From: Chiloscyllium plagiosum
Lineage: Eukaryota
Direction of reading: 5' to 3'
Assembly: GCF_004010195.1 (NCBI RefSeq)
Contig: NC_057740.1
Span: 34,804,799 to 34,868,798, forward strand
DNA length: 64,000 nt
The notes under the pieces are model-generated. The model saw only the letters and a list, made by a program, of their open reading frames with translations. It searched no databases and was not told the DNA's origin. This document shows, piece by piece, positions 37,811 to 51,364 of this stretch (the first letter of the stretch is position 1; each line of letters opens with the position of its first letter). Position numbers and translations under genes: made by a program.

Positions 37811-38704
37811 GGAATTCAATGCAATACAATCGTTTCTAAGGACACATCACTAAAGGATATAATGAATGAAGTGCCACCAAATCATTGCTGGGTTTTCAAC
37901 TATTTATAATCTATATTAATGAGGGAGGGAGGACTGAACGCTTGCTAAACTTGTTGATGACACGAAGATATGTCGAATATTAAGTTGTGAAGAAACCACA
38001 GGGATAATGATAAATTAAGCGAATTGGAAAGCATTTGGACGGGAGTGAACTCTGAGGTGCAGAGGGATCTGGATGGCCTGGTACATGCATTAGAAGAAGT
38101 TCACAATCAGGTTAATTAGGAAGATGAATGTAATGCAACCATTCCAGGTGGAATGGAAATCAAAGTATGTATGGCTTGCTACAGTTATACAGGGCATTGA
38201 TGCGATCACCATAAGACCATGGGGTATAGGAGCAGAATTAGGACATTTGACCCATTGAGTCTGCTCCACCATTCAATCATGGCTGCTATGTTTCTCAATC
38301 TCATTGTCCCGCCTTCTACCCATAGGTAGAATGATCAGGAGCCTACCTATCTCTGTCTTAAATATACTCAATGATGGTGTCCATAGCCCTCTGCTGCAAT
38401 CGGTTCTACAGATTCATCAACCTCTGGCTGAAGGAATGACTCTTCATTTCAGTTCTAAAGGGATGTACCTTCACTTTGAGGCTGTGCACTCAGTCTCCTA
38501 CTGGTGGAGACATCTCCACGTCCACTCTATCCAGGCCTCTTGGTATTCTATAACTTTCAATCAGATGCCCCCCACTCTACTAAACTTCATCGAGTACAGA
38601 CCCAGGGTCCTCAACTGCTCCTTATATGACACGCCCTTCATCCCGGGTACATGCTGGTAAACCTCCTCAGGACATCCTCCAAGGCCAGCACACCCTTCTT
38701 TAGA

Positions 38705-39075
38705 GACAACATGGGCCGAGTCCTGCAGTGGAGTGAGCATGGGCCAGGACCTACGGTGGTGACAGAGTGAGTCCTGGACGAAGGTCAATGCGTGGAGGCA
38801 GTTCGGCCTCATGTTCTGGGGCCTGTGGGCCACAGACTCATGTTAGAAAGGGACTGGAACTTAAGTACATTCTTGTCACTTTTTTATTATCATTCTGGAC
38901 TTTTTAAACTCTGTTCCCATGATAACCTATATTTTTTATTACTCTTAGGCAACACTGGAAGTATCTGTACCGAGGTACTCTGTACCTAAGATGATGCCAA
39001 GAGGCGACATTACTAACTATTCACTGCATTCATTTGAGTGCATGTGACAATACAGGCTATTCTGTTTTTTTTTTT
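38705..39075 (+). mobile_element. 3' part of a non-autonomous retroposon related to 44972-46090
   Basis: Shared tail TAAGATG(A/G)TGCC...TTGAGT..(A/G)TGACAATA. Confidence 0.55.
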
Positions 39076-39862
39076 AATACAGGGCCTAAACTACTCATAA
39101 TGTTCCAAATGTCGTCTGACCAGAGCCTTGTACGTCGTCAGCAGTACATTTCTGTCTGCTCTTGTATTCTAGCCCTCTTGAAATGAATGCTAATATTGCA
39201 CTTTCCTTCCTAAATGCCATCTGAACCTACATGTTAACCTTAAGAGAATCTTGAACCATGACTTCTAAGTCCTTTTGTGCTTCAGATTTCTGAAGTCTTT
39301 CCCCATTTGGTAAATAGTCTATGCCTCTATTCTTCCTACCAAAGTGCAAAACCTCACACTTTCCCACATTGTATTCCATTTGCCACATCTTTGCCCTCAC
39401 TCATAGCCTGTCCAAGTCCTTCACAGCTTCCCCACCTCCTCACAATATCTGCCCCTCCACCAATCTTTGTGTCATCTCACAAACTTAGCAACAATGCCCT
39501 CAGTTCCTTCGTCCAGATCATTAATGTATAATGCGAATAATTATGGTTCCAACACTGATCTCTGTGAAACATAACTAGTCACCAGCTGTCATTCTAAAAA
39601 GGACCCCTTTATCTCCACTCTCTGTATTTTGTCAGTCAATCCTCTATCCAAGCCAGTACCTTCATCTTGACACTACAAGTTTATCTTATTTACTAGTCTC
39701 CTGTGCAGCACCTTGTCAAAGGCCTTCTGAAAATCTAAATAAATCACGTTCACTGGCTCTCCTTGTCAGACGTGCTCATTACCTCCTCAAAGAATTCTAT
39801 ATGATTTGTCAGGCATGACCTCTCCTTTGTCAATGCTGTGCTGACTCATCTATTTTACCATG

Positions 39863-40000
39863 GTTAAAAATGAGGACTGCAGATGCTGGAAATCAGAGTC
39901 TAGATTAGAGTGGTGCTGGAAAAGCACAGCCGGTCAGGCAGCATCCGAGGAGCGGGAAAATTGACGTTTCGAGCAAAAGCCCTTCATCAGGACTGAAGGA
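39863..40000 (-). mobile_element. Penelope-derived short element with hammerhead and 13-bp TSD
   Basis: TSD CTATTTTACCATG at 39850-39862 and 40001-40013; antisense CTGATGAAGGGCTTTTGCTCGAAACGTC. Confidence 0.88.
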
Positions 40001-40676
40001 CTATTTTACCATGCGCGTCCAAATATTCTGCAATCTCATCCTTAATAATGGGCTCTAAAATCTTACCAATAACTGAGGTCAGGCTAACTGGCTTATAAAT
40101 TCCTGTTTTCTGCCTTGGTCCCTTCTTAAACCAGGGTGTTACTTTGGCCATTTTCCAGTCCTCTGGAATTCTCCCTGAAATCCATTGATCCTCGAAGGTC
40201 ACCGCCAATGATTCCACAATTCCTTCAGCTGTCTCCATCAGTACCCTGGGTGTAGTCCATCTGGTCTGGGTGATTTACCCACCTTCAGACCTTTCAATGT
40301 CCCTGCACCTTCTTTGCAGTAAAACCACGACACTGACCTCTGCCTCCTCACTCTCACGAACGCGTGGTACGCTGCTTGTGTCTTTCTTTGTGAACACTGA
40401 TTTAAAGTACCTAATTCTGTTCCTATATCATTTCTTTGTTCCCCATTGCTACTTCTCCAGTCTCATTTTCCAATGGTCCAATGTCCACTCTTGCCTCTCT
40501 CTTACCTTTTATTTACCTAAAGAAAATCTCTTGCAATCTTCTTTTACATTATCTTCTAGCTTCCCCTCATATTTTATCTTCTCCATGCTGATTGCTTTTT
40601 TAGTTGTCCTCAGCTGATTTTTAAAATCTTTTCAATCGTCTAGCTTCCCACTAATCTTCATTACATTGTCTAATCT

Positions 40677-42140
40677 CATTTGATGAGGGCAGAGCAGTAA
40701 ATGTGATCAATATGGGCTTCAGTAAGGCGTTCGACAAGGTTCCCCATGGGAGACTGATTAGCAAAGTTAGATCTCATGGAATACAGAGAGAACTAGCCAT
40801 TTGGATACAGAACTGGCTCAAAGGTAGAAGACAGAGGGTGGTGGTGGAGGGTTGTTTTTCAGACTGGAGGCCTGTGACCAGTGGAGTGCCACAAGGACCG
40901 GTGCTGGGCCCTCTACTTTTTGTCATTTCCATAAATGAATTGGATGCGAGCATAAGAGGTACAATTAGTAAGTTTGCAGATGACACCAAAGTTGGAAGTG
41001 TAGTGGACAGCGAAGAGGGTTACCTCAGATTAAAACAGGATCTTGACCAGATGGGCCAATGAGCTGAGAAGTGGCAAATGGAGTTTAATTCAGATAAATG
41101 TGAGGTGGTGCATTTTGGGAAAGAATTTCTTAGCAGGACTTATACACTTAATGATAAGATCCTAGGAAGTGTTGCTGAATAAAGAGACCTTGGAGTGCAG
41201 GTTCATAGCTCCTTGAAAGTGGAGTCGCAGGTAGATAGGATAGTGAAGAAGGTGTTTGGTATGCTTTCCTTTATTGGTCAGAGNNNNNNNNNNNNNNNNN
41301 NNNNNNNNNNNNNNNNNNNNNNNNNNNNNNNNNNNNNNNNNNNNNNNNNNNNNNNNNNNNNNNNNNNNNNNNNNNNNNNNNNNNNNNNNNNNNNNNNNNN
41401 NNNNNNNNNNNNNNNNNNNNNNNNNNNNNNNNNNNNNNNNNNNNNNNNNNNNNNNNNNNNNNNNNNNNNNNNNNNNNNNNNNNNNNNNNNNNNNNNNNNN
41501 NNNNNNNNNNNNNNNNNNNNNNNNNNNNNNNNNNNNNNNNNNNNNNNNNNNNNNNNNNNNNNNNNNNNNNNNNNNNNNNNNNNNNNNNNNNNNNNNNNNN
41601 NNNNNNNNNNNNNNNNNNNNNNNNNNNNNNNNNNNNNNNNNNNNNNNNNNNNNNNNNNNNNNNNNNNNNNNNNNNNNNNNNNNNNNNNNNNNNNNNNNNN
41701 NNNNNNNNNNNNNNNNNNNNNNNNNNNNNNNNNNNNNNNNNNNNNNNNNNNNNNNNNNNNNACCTTATAGAGGTTTACAAAATTATGAGGGGCATGGATA
41801 GGATAAATAGACAAAGTCTTTTCCCTGGTGTCGGGGAGTCCAGAACTAGAGGGCATAGGTTTAGGGTGAGAAGGAAAAGATATAAAAGAGACCTAAGGGG
41901 CAACTTTTTCACGCAGAGGGTGTTACGTGTATGGAATGAACTGCCAGAGGATTTGCTGGAGGCTGGTACAATTGCAACATTTAAGAGGCATTTGGATGGG
42001 TTTATGAATAGGAAGGGTTTGGAGGGATATGGGCCGGGTGCTGGCAGGTGGGACTAGATTGGGTTGAGATATCTGGTCGACATGGACGGGTTGGAGCGAA
42101 GGGTCTGTTTCCATGCTGTACACCTCTATGACTCTATGAC
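40677..42140 (+). mobile_element. 5'-truncated CR1 (RT to 3' end), younger, inserted in the old CR1
   Basis: FSKAFDKVPHGRL, SGVPQGPVLGPLLF, KFADDTK; (GACTCTAT)n tail. Confidence 0.92.
41284..41761. other. Assembly gap
   Basis: N characters. Confidence 1.
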
Positions 42141-42689
42141 TCCTGATTTCCCTTGTCAACCATGATCCTCTCCATCTCGTTTGTATGTTTCTTCTTCTTT
42201 GGGAATGAATTTCTGTTGTGCCTCCTGAATTATCCCCCAAACACTCCTGCCATCACTGCTCCACTGATTTCCCTGCTCAGCTCCCCTTCCAATCAACTGA
42301 TTCCAGCTTCTCCTTCTCAAACTGCAGGGTGAATATGATCATATGGTGGGCAGTCTTCCCTAGGGGTTCCTTCACCTTAAACTCTCTAATCAAGTCTGTC
42401 TCATTACAAATCACCAGATCCAGAATTGAAGTTCACTAGTGGGCTCTGTCATAAGCTGATCCAAAATAAAATCTCATAGACATTCCGCAAACTCCTTTTC
42501 TTGAGCTTTGCCACCAACCTGATTTTTTCCATTCTACCTGCATATTGAAGTCCCCATAGTTATTGTAATTGTGGCTTTATTGTCTCATCATTTATTTTCT
42601 TACCCACATCCTGACTATTGCTCGGAGGTCTGTACATAACACCCACCAGGGTTTACTTTCTTTTGTGGTTCTTTAATTCAGGGGTGGAA

Positions 42690-42955
42690 TTCCTCCAGTG
42701 AAAAGAGGCCCATTGAGTCTGCACCAACCCTCCTAAGAGCAACCCCACTCATCCACCAGGTGTACATGCTTCAATGTAATGATGATCAATCACCAAACTT
42801 AGACATCTTTGAACTGTAGGAGGAAATCAGAGCACCCAGCAGGACCCCATGCTGACACAGTGAGAACGTGCAAATTCCACACAGTCCCCCAAGGCTGGAA
42901 TCGAACCTAGGTCCCGAAGGCTGTGAGGCAGCACAGCTAACCACTGAGCCACCCT
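42690..42955 (-). mobile_element. HE1-like SINE, degraded
   Basis: Antisense head GCTAACCACTGAGCCACC. Confidence 0.75.
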
Positions 42956-44544
42956 GGCATGGCAGTGCAAACCCATTTTGTCTTCCCTTGTAATCAACAA
43001 ACTACACTTATACAGTGCAGCAACTTACCTGAAACATGATCATTGCTCATTTAAAATCAAATCTTGAATCTGTCACTTTCCAAAAGGTCAGAATTAGATG
43101 AATGTAGATAACTGAGTGGGTTTGAGGGCTGAAGAATTGTACAGAAATAGGGAGGAGCAAGGTCCTGACAGAACTTTTAAAAAAAGATGAGAATTTTACC
43201 TGCAGTGTGTTCCTGGGAGAAATTAAAACTGGGCATGTACAAGAGGCCAAAAATTGGAGAAAAGCAGAGATCTCAGAGGGATGATGAATAGAGGAGGTTA
43301 TGGCGATAGGGAGGAGAGAGGCTGTGGAGAACAAGAGTACAACAGCACTATAACAGGACTATTGAGGATTATGTGCAACATTAACAGGTCGTTGACTCAT
43401 TACGATGCTTACAGGATGTCAGAGGTTCAGAATGGCTGCCGGCTCTGTCAACACTGCAGTCTAAAGATATTTCATTCCCTGAAATCCTTTGAGTTATTTT
43501 GATGATGTGATAAACGCAACATAAATGCAAGTGTTTGTTTTTGATTAGTGAGTGCGCTGCTTGTGATTCCAGATTGCTACCCAGTCTCTGCTGTGCTCAA
43601 TATGACACGTCTAGCAATAAAAGACTGACAACACTGTGATTTGGCTTTTTAAGCTGGTATCACGGTTGCCATCATAAATGTGACAGCGTTCAAATTTTCC
43701 ATTATCACTGCTTTGATGAATGGGAAGCCATTTCTAAAGGATAAAGGAAAGTTGCTTGACATTCCATTTTAATGCTTTGGCACTTTGCATATTTCCGTCT
43801 GGCTTGCGCACCGTCTGGAATAATACGCACTGGAAGCAATTGCTTGTGAGAGATACAGAGGCCTCTGGTTACCCAGACAGCTGGGAGAAGCACAAAAGTC
43901 AGTGACACAAGAACCAGTAAAGGTCATCAAGTGACACTTCTTTGTACAGAAAGGTGGCAGGATATGGCACTATCCCTGCGTCTAGAACATGGCAGGCTTG
44001 TAATTGCGGTTATGAGGCAACAAACCCATTCAGCCAACTTGCATAATGTGATGTGAGGTTATAATGTCCCCTTGCAACAGCTGACAACAAGTAGCTCAGT
44101 ATCAAATGTGCTCTTAGGAACCTGAAACCATGAGATTCTTACTGTGATTCAAATATGCAATTACACGTAACCCTTTCCAGGGTACATGTCCAGGGAGATC
44201 GATGTAATCTACCCCTTCAGGGTTATCAGCTCTGCTTTGACATCTCGGTGGAAGTTTCCTCTCAGGATCACCTATCTCCCACTGCTCTGTCTCCATCGGT
44301 TTTACCAACACAATGAAACCCAGAATGTACCTTCTTTCTTCAGTCAATCAAGCAACAAACAGACCTCTCATCACCTGATTGTATGATTTTCAACTTTTGT
44401 TCACTTCCAGCCTCTCTTATTTAATCAGATAAAGTATTCAAAGTGAAAACACACATCTTTTTAACAATTCCAATTAGTTTTCTCCTTTTTTTTAACTGGT
44501 TGCTGCACTGTCCCAGCATGTAAACTTCAGTTTCTGAAGAATCA

Positions 44545-44769
44545 TAGAACAGAGTCCCTACAGTGTGGAAAAAGGCCATTTAGCTCATCAAGCCCACACT
44601 GACCATCCCATCCAGACATTCCTGTAACCCCACAATTCCCCAAGGCTGATCCACCTAGCCTGCATATTCTTGGACTGCGGGAGGAAACCCACACAGACAG
44701 TCACACGAGGCTAGAATTGAACCCAGGTCCTTGGCACTGTGAGGCAGCACTGCTAACCACTGAGCCACC
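44545..44769 (-). mobile_element. HE1-like SINE with internal deletions
   Basis: Antisense head and tail present. Confidence 0.8.
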
Positions 44770-44971
44770 TTAAGATTCCAAGCCTTGGGTGATTAGCAAC
44801 ATTTCTGCACTCACTATTGTGAAGTGACTTTCACTGCCAGTCCCCATAGAGGCTCAAGTTAAAGAAAGAGTAAAGACTCATTGGTAATTTAGCTTTTCGC
44901 AAGAGGATCATTCGATGGCGGATGGCTGTCTGAGTTTAAGATTTTATGAACCTTTGATAATGATTGTGATA

Positions 44972-46090
44972 TTCTCCAAAATGGTGCTGAAAAAGGATAC
45001 TTCAGCTGGAGCTCATTTGCTCTATCCATTTCTTTCTCTTTTTATTGTCTCTTTTTATTTTCTCTTGGTGTTTGTTTTCTGCTTTTCTTCACTCACAGCC
45101 TTAGTGTGGACCCAGTGAGGCATCTTTTAGACCTGGCCTGGCCTGTGGCAGTCTCTTGGCCTGGTGTTGTGGTGTCCTGGCGTCTCAGCCCAGTGTGGTA
45201 GCATCTCAGCCCAGTGTGGTGGTGTCTCGGGATGGTGTGAGGTGTCTCAGCACAGTGTGGTAGTGTCTTGGCCCGGAGTGGTGGTTTCTCGGTTCTGTGT
45301 GATGGTGTCTTGGTTCGGTGTGGTGGTATCTTGGTTTAACGTGATGGTGTCTCAGTTCAGCCCTGAGTGGTGGTATCTCAGTTTGGCATGCTGGTGTCTT
45401 GGCCTGGCATGGTGGCATCTTGTCCCTGAGTGATGGTATCTCGGTTCAGCGCGGTGGTATCTTGGGCCGTGGTGATGGTATCTTGGATTGGTGTGGTGAT
45501 ATCTCAGTTTGGTGTGGTGGTATCTTGGCCTGACATGGTGATATCTCATATCAGCATGGTGGTATCTCGGTTTGGTGTGGTGGAATCTTGTATCAGCGTG
45601 GTGGTATCTTGGTTTGGTGAGGTAGTATCTCAGTGTGCAAATGGGTGCTGCCCGGACATGCTCTGAAGGTGACAGGGGGAGGTCAGGAAGGTGGCAGCAG
45701 GGGCGATATTGCGGCCCAGCATGGGAGGAGTGAGCGGTGAGGGAGCTTCTTGGTATTTGTGGCAACGGTATCGAGAACAAGTAGCTGAAGGTCTCCCGGA
45801 GAGCGAGCCAAGGGGGAGAACTCATCAAAGTCTGCTGAACTCTTAACTTTATTCCTTTATTTTTCTAGTTAATGTTAGGAAGGACTTTCATGTTAACTAC
45901 CACCCTATTTCTTTATTTTTCTACTTATTCTCTGAAGGTAATATTTAACTTTTGTTTCTGTTACTACTTTGTACGTAAGTTTTTGTATCTCAATATCATT
46001 GTAACTAAGATGGTGCCATGTTTGGTGACGTTAGACACTTTTCATTGAACTCCTGTACTTGAGTACACATGACAATAAAATCTAAATCTC
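44972..46090 (+). mobile_element. Putative non-autonomous retroposon with internal minisatellite
   Basis: Begins AAAATGGTGC, ends AAGATGGTGCC...GACAATAAAATCTAAATCT; tail shared with 38705-39075. Confidence 0.5.
45160..45635. repeat. 21-bp minisatellite TGGTGGTATCTCGGTTTGGTG, about 22 copies
   Basis: 21-bp periodicity; produces the RYHH/VVVS 7-aa pseudo-ORFs. Confidence 0.9.
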
Positions 46091-46844
46091 AAACACTTGA
46101 GACCTGTAAGTGATGGAGAGATAATCACACAAGCCATATAATAGCCATGTCCAAAGAGCACAACAGATCTAACCCATATCATTATCTGCTGACAGACTTG
46201 GCATCTGCAAAAGGCAAGATTGTATTACCAAAAAAAACTTCACATATTTCTTTGAGTAACTGACAGATGTAGACGTTGGTATTGATATTGTGCAATTCTA
46301 CTTGGATTTACAGGAATGCTTTTTCATAGAACCACACTGAACATGAGTTTTGGAGGATTGAAGGGTATCAAATTCGGGGAAGAGTAGAGATTGAGGCTGG
46401 AAGTATAAAGGTATCCCACGTGGTTGTGTTTAGGGAACACTTTTACTCATTTTATTATAACGTTAAACTTGGATGTAGGGTTTGGAGAAGAGAGTTCATA
46501 TTACACATATGTTTTTTGTTATCATTATTCAGGCATAATGGTATCTCATCATGGTACATAACACCCACCAGGGTTTACTTCCCTTTACGGTTCCTCAAGT
46601 TCCCCTGGATAAGGCGCTGGTGGTAGACATTCGACTTGAACTGAGGCAGCTGATGCTGAAGTACGAGGCATAATAAGTAATTCTGAAGAGTAGGGAATTG
46701 CAAGGGGCTCATAATAAGTTTGTTGGAGTAGGGAAGCAACAACAAAAGAAAATCAGTGCTGTTAAGGTGTGATGCAATCCGTTTGTTTACGAATACGCAA
46801 CTCTAAAGGAGATAACATTGATGCTGCGAAGGAGCACAGAATGA

Positions 46845-47260
46845 AAGATCTGTATTTATGTAGCATCGTTCTCAACCTTAGGATGTGCCAAAAAGCTTCC
46901 CAGATAATTAATGCCTTTGAAGTGTGATGTCGTAATGTAGTAAATGAGGCGGCTACATCACACACAACAAGCTCCCACCAGCAACATTGTGCTGATGATC
47001 AGAAAATGTGTTGCAGTCACATTGATTGTGTAGTAAATATTGGTTGCTTGGGATAACAGCCGTGCTGTTCTTCAAATAGAACCATGAGATCTTTTATGTC
47101 AATATTTGAGAGCAGACAGGGTCTCTATTAACAACTATAATGTAATCTGAGATCTGGCACCCCTGACAGTGTAGCACTACATGGGTACAGCATTACAAAA
47201 TCCCTTCTGGATCTTTAGATTCAAGGCTTGAAGTGGAAGTGGAACTCACAAAACCTTCTG
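46845..47260 (-). mobile_element. Deu-type SINE
   Basis: ACAACAAGCTCCCAC core; antisense L2-like tail. Confidence 0.6.
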
Positions 47261-47739
47261 ACTTGGTGGGTGGGTGGTGGAGGACTGCAGAGTGTTGAAG
47301 GTGAATAAGGACATTAAGATGCTGCTCTACTCAGACCTCAGTTAGTTACATTACATCCAGCTTTGATCTCCACGGTAAGGGTTTTTGATGTTCTGTAGAG
47401 GATTCACCTGGTAATGAAGAAATACAAGTATGAATCAAGATAAAAGAATGGGAGATGACAGGGTGGGTTGAAAGAGATGTTTACCATTTTGAAAGGAAGA
47501 GACAGAGTATAAAGAAACAGAATAGTTCCAGTGATAAGTAGTCCAGAATAAAAGGGCATCGAGATAAAATTAAATGTAAGAGATTTAGGATAAAAAGCAG
47601 AGACTTTTTCTATAGTGCATTGCAAAGCTGTGGAATTCATTTTCACAGTTAATAACTGATACAGAGAACATAAGTTAAAGCAGCAACAGATGATGGTAAC
47701 AAATGGATGTGTGAGACTAGAACTACCGCACACAAGCTA

Positions 47740-48555
47740 CACCAGTCCAGTTTTTTATAAACTATACCAGCATATTTAAAGATCTTCCCAAGTTAGCAAA
47801 GGTGTACAAAGCAGCCATTGTCACCCCACTGTGGTATTGACATGAGGCATGGGTTGTGAAACACATGAGAACACTTGAGAATGTCACCAGCCACTACCAA
47901 TGCCTCATCAATGCTTCCATTCTCCAGATTTGAGTACTGTATGCTAAACAAGCCACAGCATCCTTCCTGAAGCCAGCTCCATAGCCTGAAGAAGGGTTAC
48001 ACCCAAAAGGTTGACTTTTTTACCTCTTGATTCTGCCTGGCGTGCTGTGATTTTCCAGCCTCCTGCCTGTCAACACAGCCCATTCTGACAAAACTCATGC
48101 AACAGCAAGCCCGATGGACTGTGCTCTGTGTCTGGATGGACAAAACATGCCTCCTCTGCCCGGTCCTGCATTCTTAGCTCTCAAATGGCCAATGTTCCAG
48201 GAAAGGAGAAAGAAAACACTTCAAAAACACTGACACTCCCCCCACCCCACTCCACCACCCCTCCTATCTAGGAGCACAGAAGCACTAACAGGAATGACTG
48301 GGTGGAGACCGCTTCAAATCATTACAAATGGTGACAACTCACCCATCAAGTTGCTTCATGCTTTGAATTGCAATGTCTTAAAGATGAGGCGCAGAGGCAG
48401 AAGAAATGGAAAGGAAGTCAGATCCCAGTCCTCAGCAATACCATACCCCGTACGCCCAAAAACTCATGGTTGAGAATTAGCCTGTTCATTCACATAAAGA
48501 CCTGGGCAGAACTTCTGACCCTGACCAGAGATCATCTTTAAATCGAGGGACAACT
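47740..48555 (+). mobile_element. Highly degraded RTE/BovB-like LINE 3' part containing a Penelope-derived insert (47985-48072)
   Basis: Eroded RK(H/R)FK and RISLFIHIKT (RIGLFSH-like) motifs; insert CTGAAGAAGGGTTACACCCAAAAG. Confidence 0.45.
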
Positions 48556-48989
48556 CAGATTTACCTCTGACCTGTTTGGCTCAAGCAGTCTGTTTCAATG
48601 ACAGAATTTCTCTCTTTCGGCATAAACCTGCAATTGTGTATCGTTCTCTTGGGTTGAAGTTATGATTTGTAATGGGAGTGAGGAAAGTGTTAATGGATTA
48701 AATTAAATTTCCTTTGTGTACTGTTGTGGCAAAATATGAGCACAAAATCCTTTAATGGCTTGAGCGCCTTTGGTTAAACTAATGGGCATAATTAACATGC
48801 TCACCATTAGTGTTGCATAGTCTGATCTCAACTCATTTTAACTGCATTTATAGTCACTGATTATAAACGCCAACACAGCAGGTGCTCAGCATGCATGTAC
48901 TGACTCAACTTGATTATAGCTTATGGTGCAAAATGTGGAATGTGGTGGAAAGTTACTGAGGGTTAGCTTGATTCCGTTCCCAGCGCAGT

Positions 48990-49232
48990 GTTGATTGTTA
49001 AGAAATGTTAAGGGGTAAGCCATTTCAGGCTGAGATGAGGATGAATTGCTTCATTCAGAGGATAGTAAGTCCTCTGAATTCTCCATCCAAGAAAGCTGTT
49101 GATGGTTCTGTTTAAGACAGTGATTGAGAGTTTGGGAAGATGGTGTTGAGCTTGATGATGGGCCGTGATATGTAATGGCGGAGCAGGATCGAGAGACCGA
49201 ATGGCTTACCCTTTGATCCTATGTTTCTTGGT
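48990..49232 (+). mobile_element. Old CR1 3' fragment
   Basis: FQAEMRMNCFIQR motif, eroded tail. Confidence 0.6.
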
Positions 49233-49403
49233 TTCTCACTGAACAATGTGGTTAAAACCTTTAGCAGAGGCTGACACTCTCTGGCAATATTGAGGAGGTT
49301 TGTCCTTCTTCCAAACAAGGTGTCAAACCAGGTCGTGTCTGCCTGTTCTGGGCTCAGTTGGATGATGTGTAAGATCCAATTTTCCTGGAGACTTGGCCAA
49401 CTT

Positions 49404-49492
49404 TGGGTGGGTTGCGCTTCGGCGGGTCGGTGTGGACTTGTTGGGCCGAAGGGCCTGTTTCCACACTGTAATGTAATCTAATCTAATCTAAT
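49404..49492 (+). mobile_element. 5'-truncated young HE1-like SINE tail
   Basis: Matches the 3' ~90 bp of 18758-19066; (TCTAA)n. Confidence 0.85.
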
Positions 49493-49626
49493 CTTTCCGA
49501 CTTCAACAAATCCCATTAAAAACAGATTAATTAGCCAAAAACAACATCACATTCCACTTTGTGCAAATTGATAACTGCGATTGTCTCTGTGATAGTCATG
49601 ACTGCAGTTTCGAAGGATTGTTAGGG

Positions 49627-49805
49627 TCAAAAGGTGTGGTGCTGGAAAAGCACAGCAGGTCAGGCAGCATCCAAGAAGCAGGAGAGTCCAGGACAATCAT
49701 CGACTCTCCTGCTCCTCGGATGCTATCTGACTTGCTGTGCTTTTCCTGCACCACACTTTTCAACTCTGATCTCCAGCATCTTCAGTCCTCACTTTCTCCT
49801 AAGGC
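49627..49805. mobile_element. Fold-back Penelope-derived element inside a Deu-type SINE tail
   Basis: Direct repeat TTGTTAGGG at 49618-49626 and 49806-49814. Confidence 0.8.
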
Positions 49806-49882
49806 TTGTTAGGGACCTGAGCTGCAATCCTGACAAGTGATAGGATGTTTTATTAAGGCAAGTTCTTTCTCCATGGTCAGGA

Positions 49883-49972
49883 TTACACAATGGCAGTGAG
49901 AAACATTACACACTGGCAGTGAGAATACTACATACTGACTGTGAATCCTTACACACTGATAGTGAGAAACAT
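49883..49972. repeat. ~22-bp tandem repeat TACACACTGGCAGTGAGAAACAT, about 4 copies
   Basis: Direct inspection. Confidence 0.7.
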
Positions 49973-49984
49973 TCAAACATGTGA

Positions 49985-50605
49985 ATTATGAACAGGAGTA
50001 GGCCATTCAGCCCCTCTTGCCTAATCTGCATTGTGGTTAATCTGACTAAAACTTCCACTCCTCTGCCTATATCCTATGGGGTAAAAACAATGACTGCAGA
50101 TGCTGGAAACCAGATTCTGGATCAGTGGTGCTGGAAGAGTACAGCAATTCAGGCAGCATCCGACGAGCAGCAAACTTATATCCTGTACCTTGTCATTCCC
50201 TTGTCAGTCAAGAATGTCCATAATTCAACCTTCAAAATAATCAATGATCCGAGCTTCACCACTCTCTGCAAAAGGGAATTTCACAGACTCATGACCCTCT
50301 TGGAGAAAAATAACTCCCCCTCCACTCCTCAATGGGAGGCACCTCGTTGTTAAACCTTGTTCCATTGTTTTAATCTCTCCCACAGAGGAAATGCCATTTC
50401 ATTGTTCACCCTGTTACGTCCCCTCAGGATCGTACATGTTTTAATGAGATTGTCTGTCATTCTTTTACATAGGCCCATCCTGCCCAACCTTTCCTCATGA
50501 GTTAATGCTTTCCTCCCAAGATTCAGTCGAGTGAACCCTCTCTGAACTGTTTCTAACGTAAGACTGTCCTTTTTTAAATAAGGAGACCAAAACTGTACAC
50601 AGTCG
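49985..50605 (-). mobile_element. Old CR1 3' fragment with a Penelope-derived insert (50076-50176)
   Basis: CVQFWSPYLKKD..LETVQRGFTRL; TATATCCT direct repeats around the insert. Confidence 0.75.
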
Positions 50606-51364
50606 TCTGGAATAATCCACACTGTTCAGTGAGAATGAGGAATGCCACATGCTGGTGATGTCTGCTGGGAATTCACTGATAGGTGCCCACATATTCTCAG
50701 CCTCTGTAGGCACTGGGCAATGTCCTTACTGCCAGCACCTACATGGAGAATCGGCATCTTTTGTGTTCATTGACTGTAGGGGATAAACCAACCAGGAAGT
50801 TTCACAGATTTGCTCATTTTGAAGGAATAAATCATTTTTTTAAAAAAAAATTGCTTGTATGAATTAAACATTTCCACTTTTGCAAGCTACTGTGTATTGT
50901 TGTGTTAGTAGAGATAAATTAACAAGATTATTTGATCGGGAAGCAATTATACAAGGTAATAGATCAGAAAATCAGGAGCGATTTACATTTAAATTTACCC
51001 TGTAGAAATGGCAAGAAATGAATAAATGACAATACATGCTTAATTCAAAGTAAGGTGCTCTCTTTCTTTATTATGGTTGTTCACATGAGTGGCTTGTAAT
51101 TTGTCACCACAAATATCTTTTCATTTCTGCTTTAGTTCACCTCACAGCAGTGTAGTAGACTAGAGCGCCTGGTCAAAAGGTTTAGTGTCAAGTCGAATTC
51201 TTTTCCCTATCACAGACTCTATTTTGTTAACAGAATCCATAACCTGGGCCCAGGCTATAGTGCAGGCCCCTGGGAGTGCTGCATCTTTAGAGGTGCAATC
51301 AGCTCAGTTGAGGCCAGCATCCCTGTCTGCCAATGACACTATACAGCTATGAATTCAGTACTGC

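Larger units (their letters stand above)
38210..42680 (-). mobile_element. Long old CR1 LINE (3' UTR, RT, endonuclease) interrupted by three insertions
   Basis: IPEDWKMAKVTPWFKKG..YKPVSLTSVIGKILE, antisense DFQKAFDKV, GDFNM near 42545. Confidence 0.8.

Noticed and set aside
45164-45828. His-rich or Val-rich 7-aa repeat proteins
   Set aside because: Translation of a 21-bp minisatellite; open on both strands, no gene structure.
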